From Lingula anatina (Eukaryota; Animalia; Brachiopoda): a DNA stretch of 64,000 nt. Shown in pieces: positions 26,048 through 39,600 of this stretch (the stretch's first letter is position 1; every line of letters starts with the position of its first letter). The position numbers and the translations under genes were made by a program. Location: assembly GCA_051362555.1 (NCBI GenBank), contig CM120649.1, positions 16,692,567 through 16,756,566 of the forward strand, read 5' to 3'. The notes under the pieces were generated by a model, which had not been told where the DNA came from, did not search any database, and saw only the letters and a list, made by a program, of their open reading frames with translations.

Positions 26048-26491
26048 TGACCGCAACTGGTGTCTTTATTTGCTGCCCAGGAATTTGAACCGTGCAACGT
26101 ATTGGGTTTGCATTGGCCGCGTAATTTGCAGGTTGAGGTTAGAAAAATAACTGTTCAAAGAAAGTTTCAGGAACGCTGCAGGAATTAACACCAGGGTTGC
26201 CAGGAGGAAACCACTTATCACCCTGATAAACAAACAAAAAAGGGTGACGCAAGAACCATTGCATGGACTGTAGACCAGGGCATTTTGTATTTTCTGATTA
26301 GACCATATTCACCAGTTGAAAACCTGTGGAATGAGATTGGAAATCAAGTGGTAATGGATCGCCCCTTTACCAGGAACGCTCTAATCCAAAATGCGATTAG
26401 AGCCCGGGCCAACCTAGTCCGCAGATCTATGTTCAAAAGGAGGGTGGCCTTAGTGAGATCACGTGGCTATCATACAAAATATTTTAACTGA
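25860..26491 (+). pseudogene. Decayed, internally deleted Tc1/mariner transposase
   Basis: Frameshifted fragments KVKDTG, AGINTRVARRKPLI..NKQKR and WTVDQ, plus C-terminal PYSPVENLWNEIG...RSMFKRRVALVRSRGYHTKY (Tc1 'SPDLNPIENLW...GGxTKY'). The central DDE region is missing. Confidence 0.8.
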
Positions 26492-27749
26492 CATAATAAC
26501 ATGGGTTCTGCAAAGAAAAAGCATTGTTCTGTTAACCTGTAGTAAAGACAAAAACTTGACAAAACCAGTTTTAAATAAAATATTAATTGAAAAACCTAGC
26601 AAAACCACTCGTTGTTCACCTTCAAGCAAACTGGTGCAATACGTTTGTAGTTGTATTCCTGTGACATAGCGACCATATTAGATTTTCTGAAAATACCCAA
26701 GGTTCATGTCAGTTGCTTCCCACAAACATATTTATGGGAAACAAGGATATGGAAAACACTTAGAAACAGACATTATTTGATAGTGGACAATGCATCTTTC
26801 GAATTGGCATTAATTGCAATCTAGTGCATACTACTAATGTGCATTACTATTGATGCGGTCCTATTGGATTTTTTCAACACGTTTTCTCCCTGCCGGATAT
26901 GTATTATATAGGTCATAATATATATTATATGTCATAGAAAACACCGAGAAAAAAGTTTATTTAATTTGATAAAAATCAATATAAGTACGTACACATCTTC
27001 ACAAAATTCCATAAATTGGCAGCCTTAGTGGATTTTTTTGACCAAACTGGAAATTTTCATAGGGCTTTGACTCTCATTTGGTTTGGAATATAATAATGTT
27101 AACCACAAGCAATATATTTAAAATATGCATTCATCCGCTGTCTCAAGATTATGCGCCTGATTTCGTTAAATTTTGCATTAATTATATGAAAACTCACTAT
27201 GGGCTGTACGGCCCCGCATGTTAACTTTCGATATTATTTATGGCAATGATTTTAAAGTGCAAACTTTTAATCATTACTTCAAGACTTTTAAGCTTAAGAA
27301 TTTGATCTCCATTAAGTTATCCATCATCTGCGATGAAGAAAGGGGTGCAGTCAAATCACACGTCCCCAGAAGCCTTACTCTGAATCGTGCTACTTCGATA
27401 GGGTGGATTTTAATTAGGGCAAGAGTGGAACAGACCTGCCCTGAGTGTCAGGGCACTATATAGCTAGCTTGCTCACTATTCATATCTTTTCATAGGGTAG
27501 CTTTACAGTATTGCTGATATGGGTTATATATGAAATCAAGATCGAGCTGGCAATACTGAAATCTAGAATCAAGGGTAAACAGATCACCCCCTCCCATTCT
27601 ATCTTAGCAGATCTCGAAATTTCCATCAAGCTCTCTGAAGTTACAAATCGTCTCTTTGGCCTTTGCGTGATCATTTTGAGAATTGTTGGACGCAGCTGCA
27701 GTCATTTCCTATTTTTATTAGGCAATAAGGTTGGGGAAGAGTCTTTTCA

Positions 27750-29175
27750 ATGGACGGCGGAGAGGGACGGACTGGGAGGGCAGGGAAAGGCAGCGGAAAC
27801 AAACAGCCACGCTGTGTCAAATGTAGAGACCCAGTGTTCCAAATTACACGCAAACCAAAGGGATTCATGTTTTTTATCGTAGTGGCCTCATCTCTGGTCC
27901 TCCTGGCGATGAACATAAACGTAAACATGGACAAACTGCTTTATAAAAAGATTGCTATATTGGAGAACTGCTCAGATGTTATATATGGCCTAGGTGAGAG
28001 GATTTACTATGTATTTGTTTTCTATAATTCTTATGTTTATCTTTCCAAAAGATTAATCATATTATATTCCAAGAGACTACCCTGCATTTTTCAACTGCCA
28101 ACCACTTTTACATATGCAGATTTTTAAATTATTGACTTTTTTAAATTAACATGATTCTGTTTTTCAGAAAAGTCACATATTTTATGCATATTCAGTAAGC
28201 ACTCATGTCAAATAATTGCCGCCAAACCCCACCAAATGCTACCATAGTGTTTCAAATATCATGAAGTAAAGTAATAGATTTCGTTACATTATTTTCTTCA
28301 ACAATATATTTTAGCAAGGAGGAGGATGATAAATTTGATTCCGCCAACATGGGCAGAACTCGAGGCCAATTTCTCAAAGACTGGTATCCAACTTGGAGGC
28401 CGATGGAAACCAAAAAACTGCACTTCTCGAATCCACGTAGCCATCATTATTCCCTTCCGTGACCGTGACTCACACCTCAGAGTCTTCCTGAACAACATGC
28501 ATCCATTTTTCCAAAAGCAAGAACTGGACTACCGAATATATATAGTTGAACAGGTAGGCCTGGTAGTGAAGAGTGAAATTTTTGATTTTTCGATTTTCAC
28601 AAAACTGATATTGTCACCCTAGGGCTGTCTAAGGGCTCATTCCCGATGAAAATATTGTTTTGCGTAGATCGATCCAACTCCTTGGGGACTCTGGCTGAAT
28701 GCAATCAGATTAACATACCAGAAAAGTTGGTGATTATTCAAGTACGTTGGGAACAAGAGGAGGCGTGTTAATCTGCTAATCTGACTGCATTCAGCGAGAG
28801 TCCCCGCGGTGTTGGATCGTAGTTTTATTGGGCATGTGCCCTAATTGTGATTGTCTGATTTGGTTCTATAAACTTTACAACTCAATTAAATAAATATAGC
28901 TTTTCATTTTACTTTTGTCTTTATTTGTAGAAAGCTGGTACTATATTCAATCGTGGTTTGCTACTAAACATCGGGTTTGTTGAGTCAGCTAAAATAGACG
29001 GAGACGCGTACGACTGTTTTGCCCTTCATGACGTCGACTTGATAGCAGAGAACGAATGGAACATCTATAACTGCTCAGAAAAAGTGAAGCACATGGCTGC
29101 GAATATCAGCAAATTCAAATCCGGGTAAATGTGTGCCAGTTCCTGTTCATGTTGCTGTGGGTGCCTGCGTGCGCG

Positions 29176-29261
<86 letters not shown>

Positions 29262-29532
29262 GGAGAGGGTGAGAGACAGAGAGGGAGAGAGAAAAGAATT
29301 GAGGAGAAGACTTTCACTGGTATGACGCAATAAAAACAAATTATTTCTTTTTTGTACATAGGCCTACAGTTACTTAATTCAGAAATGAGTGTCAATGATA
29401 TTGCAGGCTAGCTTACGAGAAATACAGCGGAGGAGTGGCTATGTTCACTAAATGGCAATACACTTCTGTGAATGGTTATCCGAACACGTACTTTGGGTGG
29501 GGAGGCGAGGACGACGACCTGTATGAGAGGTA

Positions 29533-29589
<57 letters not shown>

Positions 29590-29779
29590 CAAGGATACGA
29601 ATAAATTAGACTTATCTCTCCATTTTATTAAAAAATGCCCTACGGCCGTTTCGGCCCTGAGGCCTCGTCAGGGGCGAAAAAAAAATACGCACCAAAGACC
29701 AACTAAACATATGTGGAAATATGCCCTTCCATCAAATATAAAATCAAACTTTTAATATAAATTAATGAATAAACGCGTG

Positions 29780-29830
<51 letters not shown>

Positions 29831-30627
29831 TTTTCGCCCCTGACCAGGCCTCAGGGCCGAAACGGCCGTAGGGCATTTTTTAATGAAATGGAGAGATAAG
29901 TCTAATTTATTCGTATCCTTGATTTTATATACTAGCTCCCCACGGGCCGCCACCATGGGTGGAGCACTTTTTCATGGTGTTTTGACTTTATTCTCCGATA
30001 TGTACCGAGCTTTATTCTTTGTTTTTACTTCAGTATTTGTACATGTGTCGTCATAAAATAGAGCGACGTCACTTTTAGGTGGATTCAACTGACCCAGCTT
30101 CTCTCTGCGCTTGTTGGTGACGTCATTGTTATAAAGTATATGTTTCACGCGTTTATTCATTAATTTATATTAAAAGTTTGATTTTATATTTGATGGAAGG
30201 ACATATTTCCACACATGTTTAGTTGGTCTATGGTGCGTATATTTTTTTATAACGAATACTTGACATATTCGGCTTATTTTCTGACCTGTTCCACCTGGCC
30301 AATGCAAATGTCCATCTCAATGAATTCAGAATAGGCGCCACAACATTCTAGGAAGGAGGTCAAAATATGACACCTAAAATAAAGTAAACTTTCCAGAAAT
30401 CCACCGGAATTCATCAAGCTTGGCATTTATACTTTGTATTATTATTAACAGGATCACCAATAATAACAATGCTGGATTTAGCCGAGTTCCCCTGGATATT
30501 GGGCGATATACAATGATTAAACATGAACGGGATAGTGGGAATCCAGTGAATCCGGGAAGGTAAGGTCACGTGTTTAATATGACTGCGCATGCGTACTACA
30601 TATGTCTGTGTGTATGTGTGTGTGTAT

Positions 30628-30682
<55 letters not shown>

Positions 30683-32080
30683 CAGTTAGTATTGTTAACT
30701 TATATATTTTTTTAATCAATATTGAGACAGGTTACTCTATAGGGTTAATATACTGAATAATCTCGAAATTGCCTTCATTCCTTAACACATTTAGTTAGAC
30801 TAAGAAACTTCTTGGATTGATTTAAATTACATGTATATTCGACTTTGTCATATTTACTCTCATTCAGACTTGTAGAACATATACGAAGAACTGACGTCGC
30901 GGTAGTTTTCAAAAAATCTTGATCCTCCAAATACTTACATTCTCAGGTGCCAACAACAAAAACATAATCCTAATTAAACATGATCATAAACTTTTGAGTC
31001 AGACCTAGGAAGGGTGCAGGGTGCAGGGAAGCAGGATGCTACGTGGCCCGAGGAGTCCTTCCCCAGACATATTTTTCTTTGCGCACGTGGTTGCAGACAA
31101 AACGAAGTGATTATTGTTGTGTCATACTGGCGAAATGGACAAGGCTGGTTAGAGTGCTATGATACAATTAAACCAGTACCTCTCAAAAGAAAATACCTCT
31201 TATGGGAATCCATAGAAACACGATCAAACATTGAGGACACCCTGTCTTTTGATCCCATTTCAAAACATTAATTTTTTAATCCCCCCTCCGGCCCAAAAAC
31301 ATCTTTGTGATAACAGAATAGTATTTATATTTCTTTTGTAGAATGTATTTAATTGATTTTTTTCTAAGGGTGAGGCAACTTCAGTCAAGTTATAAAAGAC
31401 GGAAGGTGGATGGGCTCAGTGGGTTAAACGGGACTTACACGGTATTGAAGATTGACGAGTTTCTACTGTATACAAGAATATACGTGGATGTTGATCCGAT
31501 TGCCGTTCTCTCGGCCATACCGGTATGCTTTCACATAAAAAATACTTTAAATATCTTAAATAACTATAGTGTGTCAGACCCCGTTCCCATACCTAGATCG
31601 ACCTAGCTAAATTGTCTCAGAGGGGATTCTCGCTGAATTGCATTCAGCTTAGGCGGCTCTGATGTCTCGCACGTCTACTAAAGCTGTTAGGGGGTAATAA
31701 ACTATCGTTTAGCAGCTTGAGTAGACGTGCCAGATATCTAAGCCTCTTAAGCTGAATGCAATTTTCCGAGAATCCCCTCGGAGATGGGTTGATCCTGTTG
31801 GATCGATCTAGTTATGGGAACGGGGTCTTAGTTTCATCATACATGTTTGTCTCGCAGAAGGGATAGCTCCTGTGTGGTTACCATATCCTCCTGGTTGTAT
31901 GAGTGCACAGTATATAAACCAGGTTGCGAGTTAACGTCCGTGCTTTTTCCAATTCAGGTGAATCTTTATGGTGAATGGGAACTAAAACAAATGAGAAAAT
32001 GGGTCAACAAGACGGTGAGAACTTTCCTTCCATTTAAAACTAGCAAAATTGACTCAAAATTGCTAACGCGTGTGATTTAA
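27750..32080 (+). CDS. GT7 family beta-1,4-galactosyltransferase / beta-1,4-GalNAc transferase (bre-4-like), paralogue A, 7 exons, ~394 aa
   Basis: Exons 27750-27993, 28315-28553, 28931-29124, 29407-29529, 30452-30559, 31369-31522 and 31958-32080, all GT-AG and phase-compatible. Motifs: TM FMFFIVVASSLVLLAM, VAIIIPFRDR, IYIVEQ, FNRGLLLNIG, HDVDL, YFGWGGEDDDL, RYTMIKH. AATAAA overlaps the stop codon. The last exon is the least certain. Confidence 0.93.
28630..28843. mobile_element. MITE family 2 (GGGCTCATTCCC..TAGATCGATCCAACTC), intron 2 of GT7-A
   Basis: Inverted arms GATCCAAC..GGGGACTCT.GCTGAATGCA / TGCATTCAGCGAGAGTCCCC..GTTGGATC. Homologous to 61214-61650. Confidence 0.75.
29177..29290. repeat. 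Compound (TG)n(AG)n microsatellite
   Basis: Directly visible. Similar tracts at ~7181-7228, ~30628-30676, ~47538-47581 and (GA)n at ~58076-58135. Confidence 0.95.
29535..29586. repeat. (TA)n microsatellite
   Basis: About 25 TA units starting a few nt after the GT7-A exon 4 donor. Confidence 0.95.
29637..29675 (-). ncRNA. Minimal type I hammerhead ribozyme (Penelope-like-element type), intact core
   Basis: Minus strand reads GCCC-CUGACGA-GGCC-UCAG-GGCC-GAAA-C-GGCC-G-UA-GGGC: stem I GCCC/GGGC, CUGANGA box, stem II GGCC/GGCC, GAAA box, short stem III with a palindromic GGCC loop, GUA cleavage triplet. Confidence 0.85.
29836..29874 (+). ncRNA. Second copy of the minimal hammerhead ribozyme with a core mutation (CUGACCA)
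   Basis: GCCC-CTGACCA-GGCC-TCAG-GGCC-GAAA-CGGCCG-TA-GGGC, identical to the minus-strand copy except G>C in the CUGANGA box. Confidence 0.7.
31575..31830. mobile_element. MITE family 2-related element, intron 6 of GT7-A
   Basis: AGACCCCGTTCCCATACCTAGATCGA / TCGATCTAGTTATGGGAACGGGGTCT TIRs and a palindromic interior. Confidence 0.8.
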
Positions 32081-33613
32081 TAAAGTTCCTTCATGATAAA
32101 ACTTTAGAGCTTTAAAGACTATTGCTGACTGTTATACCGGCCCTCTATAGCACGGCTTGCTTATACTCATTCGGAACTCACGCGAGATAAAGATTGCCAT
32201 CGCTAATGGCAAGGTACTGAGCAGTGAGACCAGAATTGCAAACGGTAACATGAACTGTTATGTATTGAAGTATCTGCAAGCATATTCGAAATGTGCTCTT
32301 TGAGACGAATACAAACATGTATGCACAACAATTTTACGTGTGTTTCCCTTAATACTTCATGTGCTTCAATTAATACTTCTGGAGCGTGTGAGACCCTGCA
32401 TGCTCGTGACACGTGTTCCCTTTGAGGCCATATTGTGTTGCCCAAAAGGATTTGAACAAACTTGTCTTCTCAATTTCAGAAATCTTAGCCTAACTAAACC
32501 CACTAAACCGAAAATGGTTAAAGCTACGCTGAAAGAAAAAGTCCTGCATAGGACAACAACCGAGGACGTCCGAGTGCTGGCTGAGCCGACATTTTATTAA
32601 TATATTTGCATTCATATATTAAAAAGGGGGCATCGGCACATGTGTAAAACATCTGCACATGCGCCATGGGTGGATGCTTTTGGTAGGTGACAAGATAACT
32701 GTTCAAATATAGTTCTGACGGCTTAAGAAGAGGCAGTAATAAAGTCATGAAAGTATTGCAACATGTTTGATTTTCTATTTCTAAATTTATTTTAAAAAGT
32801 GAAATACACTACAATTTGACCACGGAGTCCCCGCTAGTATGAATGCTGCATCTTAAATCATCAAATCGTACATCAACAAGGTGGTTTGAGACCGACTTTA
32901 TTGAAAATGTGCATCTGTCATAGAAATTATATCAGTGACACAGTGTTTTAACCTAGGACTTTGTTGCGCAATACAATACCTTTTGCTTGCATTTGTTTTA
33001 AATATTTTAGTTTGCAATGTTTAAGGATGCGTACAGGGGCATGCCAGAAACATGGATATCTTCTTAAACCACCAAGATGCGCCAACGCGTTGCATATCAG
33101 TAAATAAAGCTTATTTTAACAGGTATTCCTTTCGTATCGTTATTTTGTTACGTTTATGTTACGTAAGGAGAAATGAATAATTTTCAAGTTACGGAGGCGG
33201 CACAAATTCCTTAAATTATGTACAATAGGTGGTGAGAGTTGCACCAAATATGACCACTTCGAAAATTCAGTTGCAAAGCAAATTCTGTCCCGCGTATTTG
33301 AAAACTGATTCAAATGTAAAATCTCGCCTTATATTACGATGGAAAGCCTGGTTAACGAATAAACAGAAACCGGTTTTAAAACATTTTGAAAGCGTTCAAT
33401 CTGGGCTGATTAAATGGTGCATTATGTCTAAGGCTGACCTTATTAAAATCACACATGCAGTACGATGTTGCAATATTCCACCAATGTTAGCAAATGTATG
33501 TTGATAGCTGGCTTGCTTTCTTTGTGTAACGTCATGCAAATTAACCTACCGCGATTTTAACTATCCATCATGTTAAATTGGTGCCAGCGGTATTGGACAC
33601 ATACACTCCTTAA

Positions 33614-33647
<34 letters not shown>

Positions 33648-36600
33648 TAAATCTTGAATTTTCACATTTTTCAGTAAACATCAAAGTTACCCAAACCGAA
33701 ACCGTAGAAAAAACTACAATCTATGACTCCGTTTTCGAGATCATATATTTGTTTTCTTCAGATTTTCACTCTTTACGGTTGATGTCCTGTGAGCAGCTAG
33801 CCAGTCATAGGACTGAGCTAGTGACGCCTCATATGTATCGCTTCACAGCTAATGCAATCTGAATATTGTGCTGGGACACTCCACAAGAAAAGTGAACATT
33901 ACAGTAGCGTCAGGGACGCATATTTTGTGCAATGTTGGCATACTTTTGACATGCCCCATTAGTACTTGCTTTTTTATACTGTGGTAGTCTTCAATATGAC
34001 AGTGAAGGAGGGAAGTACAGAGGGACTTGTCAGAGGTACTCAGAAGATGACAATATAAAGTAGGGTAATAGCTTGGCAGGTAGATAGCAATTTCAAAAGG
34101 GGGGTGATTTTTCTGAAAAAGTGGACCTTTTAGCATGAAACCTTAGTGTACCTAGAGGGGAACTTTTCCCGGAAAAAAGGGGGGCGGTTCTTTCCACACA
34201 CCCCCCCCCCCCGCCCCCGAACCCCCGTCTGGTTACGGACCTGTTGTAGCTGTGCAGGTAGCTGCTCCAGCCCAATACACATGTACATGTACTATAAACG
34301 ATGAATTTAGCATTTGAAATGTCCTCAAATGAATGAATAAAATGTTTAACATAAAAAGTTACCTGTGTGCACCCCAACCAAACTGGCGGGGCATTAAAAC
34401 AATTTAATGTTTTAATATCATAAAAGATACTTCAACTATCTACATACCGCCGTTCCTTCAAATTTCTTGTCTCCCCTTACTGTAACAGTTCCCGTATATT
34501 ACATTACAAATTCACATGATGCTAAATTGTGTATGAATCAAGGTAAACAACGGTTTCAATAATTGTAAGTTCGTCTGTGACACATACACAAACACATACA
34601 GATACACACACACACACACACACACTCTCTCTCACACTCGCACACACGAATGCAAGGGTCAACTGTTGCATGCAATCGTTCACGCACACGCAGGCGCACT
34701 CAAACATATACCAATGTGTCATCATGATAATATTCAGGTATACATATATCGTATGAGAAGCGGAAAGCGGCTAACCTTGGACGGCAGTGTAACGTTTAAC
34801 TTGCCGTGTAGGGTTAAGTACCCGACGCAGGACAGAGAGACGCCGTAGCATAGCAATATAAATACCTCGGTTAAGGTTGGATGAACTGGACGGCAGCCCC
34901 TGGCGGAGTAAAGGAAGGAAAAAAGGGTAAGTAGGTGTCCTTTGGTATCATTTTTTCTTTTTTCTTTTGTTCTTCTGTGTTCTTCTTTCTTTTTTATTTT
35001 AATTAGCTACCTGGGATTTGGTGTTTGGGGATTTAAAAAGAGTAAACAGCGTTGGAGGTGCAGGGCAAGGTTTCAGTAGACTGAGGAAAAATGAAAATTT
35101 TCAATGTAATGTACAGGCCCTCCGCTCTGCATGGTTTAAATATCTCAAGTTTCCTTGGGGTCACACAATTGCAACTCTCTCTCTCTGTCTCTCTCTCTCT
35201 CTCTCTCATATTTTCCACACAAGCATTTCATTGCAGTTTCTAAAGCCCACGATACTTGTATATACATATACATATACGGGAAACGCTATCATAGCTGCAA
35301 AATTCATTAGACATTGCCATTAAGTTAAAATAATCCATATCTGACGCTCTGAGTATTCTATGCTATAACGGAGCATGCGGGCTCCTATGCATTCGTATTT
35401 GCCATATTTCACAGGTATACATAATACACAACATATGAATCGCTCGTGTCTTCAGATTCCACGGGGAAAAAATTAACTATGGCCTTAAATCTGGGAAGTG
35501 AACTGGTAGAACAACCAGAACATATAGGGCTGGGTCATTGGCTGCCAAAGGCAGGCCATAAAAAATAGTATAAAATCTACATGAGAGATATGTCAAGAGA
35601 TATGGAAACATATCGAAGTAACTAGAACCCTTATACAAAGCTGACAGCCAACGAACATCCTGCGTCACAATTTCAATACTAGCCAGTGACAATGCTTTTA
35701 TTTGTTTTGTGTGTGCGGGTGCGTGCGTGTCTGCGTTAATGCGTGCACGTGCCTAAAGCAGTAAAATTTAAGCGACGGCAAATTGCCAAGCAACTCAGCG
35801 TAACATTATAACGACATAAACAGCTTGAAGTCGACGGCGACCCATATAGAGTTGACCTCGACAGGGAAGAGTCGCCATTATCTCCCTCATAACATACAGC
35901 GCTTTGCACCGAGCGAACCTGCTGTTGTTTACTATATAGTCCGTGTTAGTTTGGCTAGGCCTTTTGGCATTGGGTCATTACATGTAACACCCTGGATTCA
36001 AGGTGTAATACTCCGACTCGCCAGGACGTTCTGGAGTATCGGAACCATGACGAATGAGCAGAATTTGGAACAACAGTTTCGAGAAATCAAAACCGCCGAT
36101 TTTTGCTGTCTCCATAAATAACAACAACAACAACAATAAAACTATAATAAATACAAACAAGACAAGCAAATAAAAGACAATCAATAACAATACGTTGCTG
36201 AACGAAGGGTTATATATAGCAGTAAAAAATTTTCCCTTTTCTAATAATTGAAATTATAATTTTTTTCAAAATTGCACAAATTTTCAAATGGCATAAAAAT
36301 GATAGCGATGTACGCAAAGCACGGGTGCAAGCAAAGCTTTTCGACGTGAATACCAATCCCCATAATACCATTTAATCCCTCACAACAGATATTTGCTGTT
36401 TAACCCAAAAAGGGTGAGGTTAGAAAATAAAAAAAAAAAGAATAGAAAATTTGCTGTGAGCACAGTAACGCCCATGTAAATGTATAATCATAGAGTTCAC
36501 ACAGTTTGCTTTTGTTAGTTCCTGCAGTCTCCGGGTTATAGGTTCCGAGCTTAACACGACATATGTAGATTTAAAAAATCTTTGTTTTGTTGTCGTTCCC

Positions 36601-39600
36601 ATTAGCTAGGTACATCTTGATTAGGTGCCTACAAAAAGCTCTATAAATCAATACCAACAATGTATAACACGGTTTCCTGAATAACATTGACAGAGCGTGG
36701 GGTATAAGTAAGCCTACCGCACAGATATAGGCACATATATGTAATACACGAACACGTAAGATCTTCAGGAATTAATATTTTTGGAAATTTCGTCACATGT
36801 GACTTAATTACCGAGGCATACCCTATCTAAATCGTTGTGAAAATTGCGATCTTTAAACCCTTCTCTTTTTCATTACCAGCGTTTGAATGATAAAACGACA
36901 AAGACAACCGAGCGATCCTGCCAGTGAGTTATGTACGGGAGCAGAAAGTTTATTATACGTATAAGACTTAAAATTATATTAGTTTATTAGGTTTGTGTTT
37001 TGAAGTTCTTATGGTATTTGATATTAGTTTTTAAAGTTATGGTAATGCAATATTGCAAGTGACTGCAGTTGTGAAAGTCTGAGACTGGTTACCAAAAACA
37101 CCTTCTAACAGCCTCTGATGCTCAAGGTTCCACTTCGCTGCGACCGGCGTGAAGTAAATATACATGTAGCAATAATATTAATGATAGCGCAATGATAACG
37201 AAGTACATTCATTATTACAAATTAAAATCGTCAGAAACTGGCAGTAATTGACATTGCCATTATAAAAACTCCGAATAACAGCAGTTCGCAGCAGCGAAAG
37301 TAACGGCAAAATGAGAAGCGTATCAGAAAGTAGCACAGTGGGTGCCTGTTAAAATGACGTCATTATGGCTCCTGCGCAATGGTGTAGGTCAGTAAAAAAA
37401 ACAAAAAAAAACACGTGTCGTTGTTTTGACCAAGAAGCACCATGCTTTTAGCACTTGAAGAAAGATGGGAAGCTCGTAGCCGCCCAGGAGACCACGACAG
37501 CAAGTACGGGCATAGCTCATAGAAATAGTAGTTACAGAAACTTCATACTAAAGCCTCTGCGGTTTACTATATGTACTACACAGCCTGCGTGTCTCGTAGG
37601 CAGTAGAGTACCGAAATAGCGTGAATCTCAATTTTTTGGCAGCATGGTAGATTCAGGATGTCAATAGAAGCTGCAGTGATAAAAGGATATATCTTACATG
37701 GTGAGACTAATCGACATTCTTAATGCTGAAATTTGAATCCTGATAATAAAAAAAGCAGACGCATCTTTTCTCCTTTGGCATTTTAGTAACATTACAGCGT
37801 TCTTCTTGAAGGGATCACCGAAAATCAAACTCGTATTTCTGTAAGAAGACTGCTCATATAAAGCTTTACGCAAGGTTGTTTTTCATGATAACAATGAAAC
37901 GAAATAACGATTGCGTACACATTTAAGACATCGCCATAAAAAGTAGTATTATATTACATCTATTTTTAAACATTTCACCAAAATAACTTTCGGGAAGAAT
38001 CGTAATGCATTATATTTGGCAACAGATTTAAATGCTTCATAGTAATGGATTTTCAGTACCACGTTGGATACATGTATATTCATTTAAAAAAATTGATGGT
38101 TTTATCTTTTCGTTTTCAGTATATGCAATTTTAAAACTGACACCGTTCAAGATAATGCAAATCAAATGCCTTTGTAGAAAAGTCGGTCTAAATTTTTTTT
38201 AAGTAACTCAGTTTTTCCAATTGTGCAATCAGTGATAAATGTGTGTACCCTCTTGCTACGGTTTTCCTCCATCGGCAAACTGCACGCAAATCGTTTTTGG
38301 TGTATTGTATCAAAATTTGTCCCACTTTACCCGCCACGATCACCATGTCAAATCGGAGGAGTGGAAATGTGATATTTGTAACGAAGTCCGGGGTCCCATT
38401 TGATTGGTACAGGTTAGGGTTAGTCGGAGTACTGGGGTTAGCACAGTATTTGGGACAAATGTCACCTGTACAAAGTAATGGGAATCGGACCCCGGCTCCT
38501 AGCGGACTAACATTCCAGTCAAACCGGGCTTGCGACCGCTTGGGAAACGCATTTTGCGCACTATCACAAATATAATATGTAACAAAAGAAATGACTGCCA
38601 TATTTAAAGTTCATGTACGCAAGGTCGAGTGCCACAGTGTGTGTGTGTTTTTTTAATTTTTATATATTTAGCAAAAGCTTTTTACATTTGAAGATGAACT
38701 AATATCTCTGTGAATACATGTATGTTGAAATGTTTGGAGAAAAATCTTTTGAAATCGCCGCCGAGTTTGAATTAGAACCAGTTACCCTTAGAATTTAGCA
38801 GATGACTTTTAAAAAGCACTAATAACTTATCTTTTAAAAAAAACTTTTCATGATAAACCAGTTTATTCATTATAGAACACTATAAAAAGGATATTTTTTC
38901 TCTTTATTTTCAAAACCATCCTTACTTATTTAAAATGATAATTTTACCATAATGTTTAGTTAAGTTTACAGAACAGGTTTGAATGTATTTTAGACTGAAA
39001 ATAAATAATTAAATATTATTATTATTATTATTATTATTAACACTTATGTTCAAATTTGGTATTGAATATAAAATACTGCGAAATCTCCACCTTTTAAGTT
39101 GTAAGAGTAGGCAAAGAATTTTATCTGTCCTACAAGTGGTGGTCGCACTCCCGGTGTTGCAGTGATGTGATCTGAATTTGAATTCAAACTGTGTTAAGGT
39201 TCACATTGCTATTCCTTTGTTGTGTTTTTTTAGGTCACGGTGAAACGTAAACGGTGGACATGCATCATATGCTGGGGCAAGAAAACAGGCGCAAATCATT
39301 TTTTTCACTTTAAGTCATTCGCAACACGTAGGCTCCATCTCATTCATTCAGGATTGCATTCAAGTTGAGAGCAGAATTTGGGAGGTACGTTTGGCCTATT
39401 TTCGTTATTACCACTATTATTATTAGTAGTAGTAGAAGTACTATTATTATTATTAAATATCTGTGGTGGTGTTTTATTAGTGTTTGCAGCAGTGATGAAA
39501 GTGATTGTTTTAGCCATGTTACCGCCCTTGATATTAGTAACATAACGGGAAAAATTTGTTTATCGAATGACGAAGTCGATCTTAAGCCAAAATCCATTGG

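Larger units (their letters stand above)
29583..30240. mobile_element. Probable Penelope-like retroelement remnant with interleaved inverted repeats
   Basis: Segment A (~29583-29680) is inverted at ~29831-29928, and segment B (~29686-29780) is inverted at ~30145-30240. Carries two hammerheads and a poly(T) at 29781-29829, and abuts a (TA)n tract. Confidence 0.6.

Noticed and set aside
30175-30235. Peptide FIFDGRTYFHT as a Penelope reverse-transcriptase fragment
   Set aside because: Too short, and it lacks the following GxxMG motif, so it was not used as evidence.
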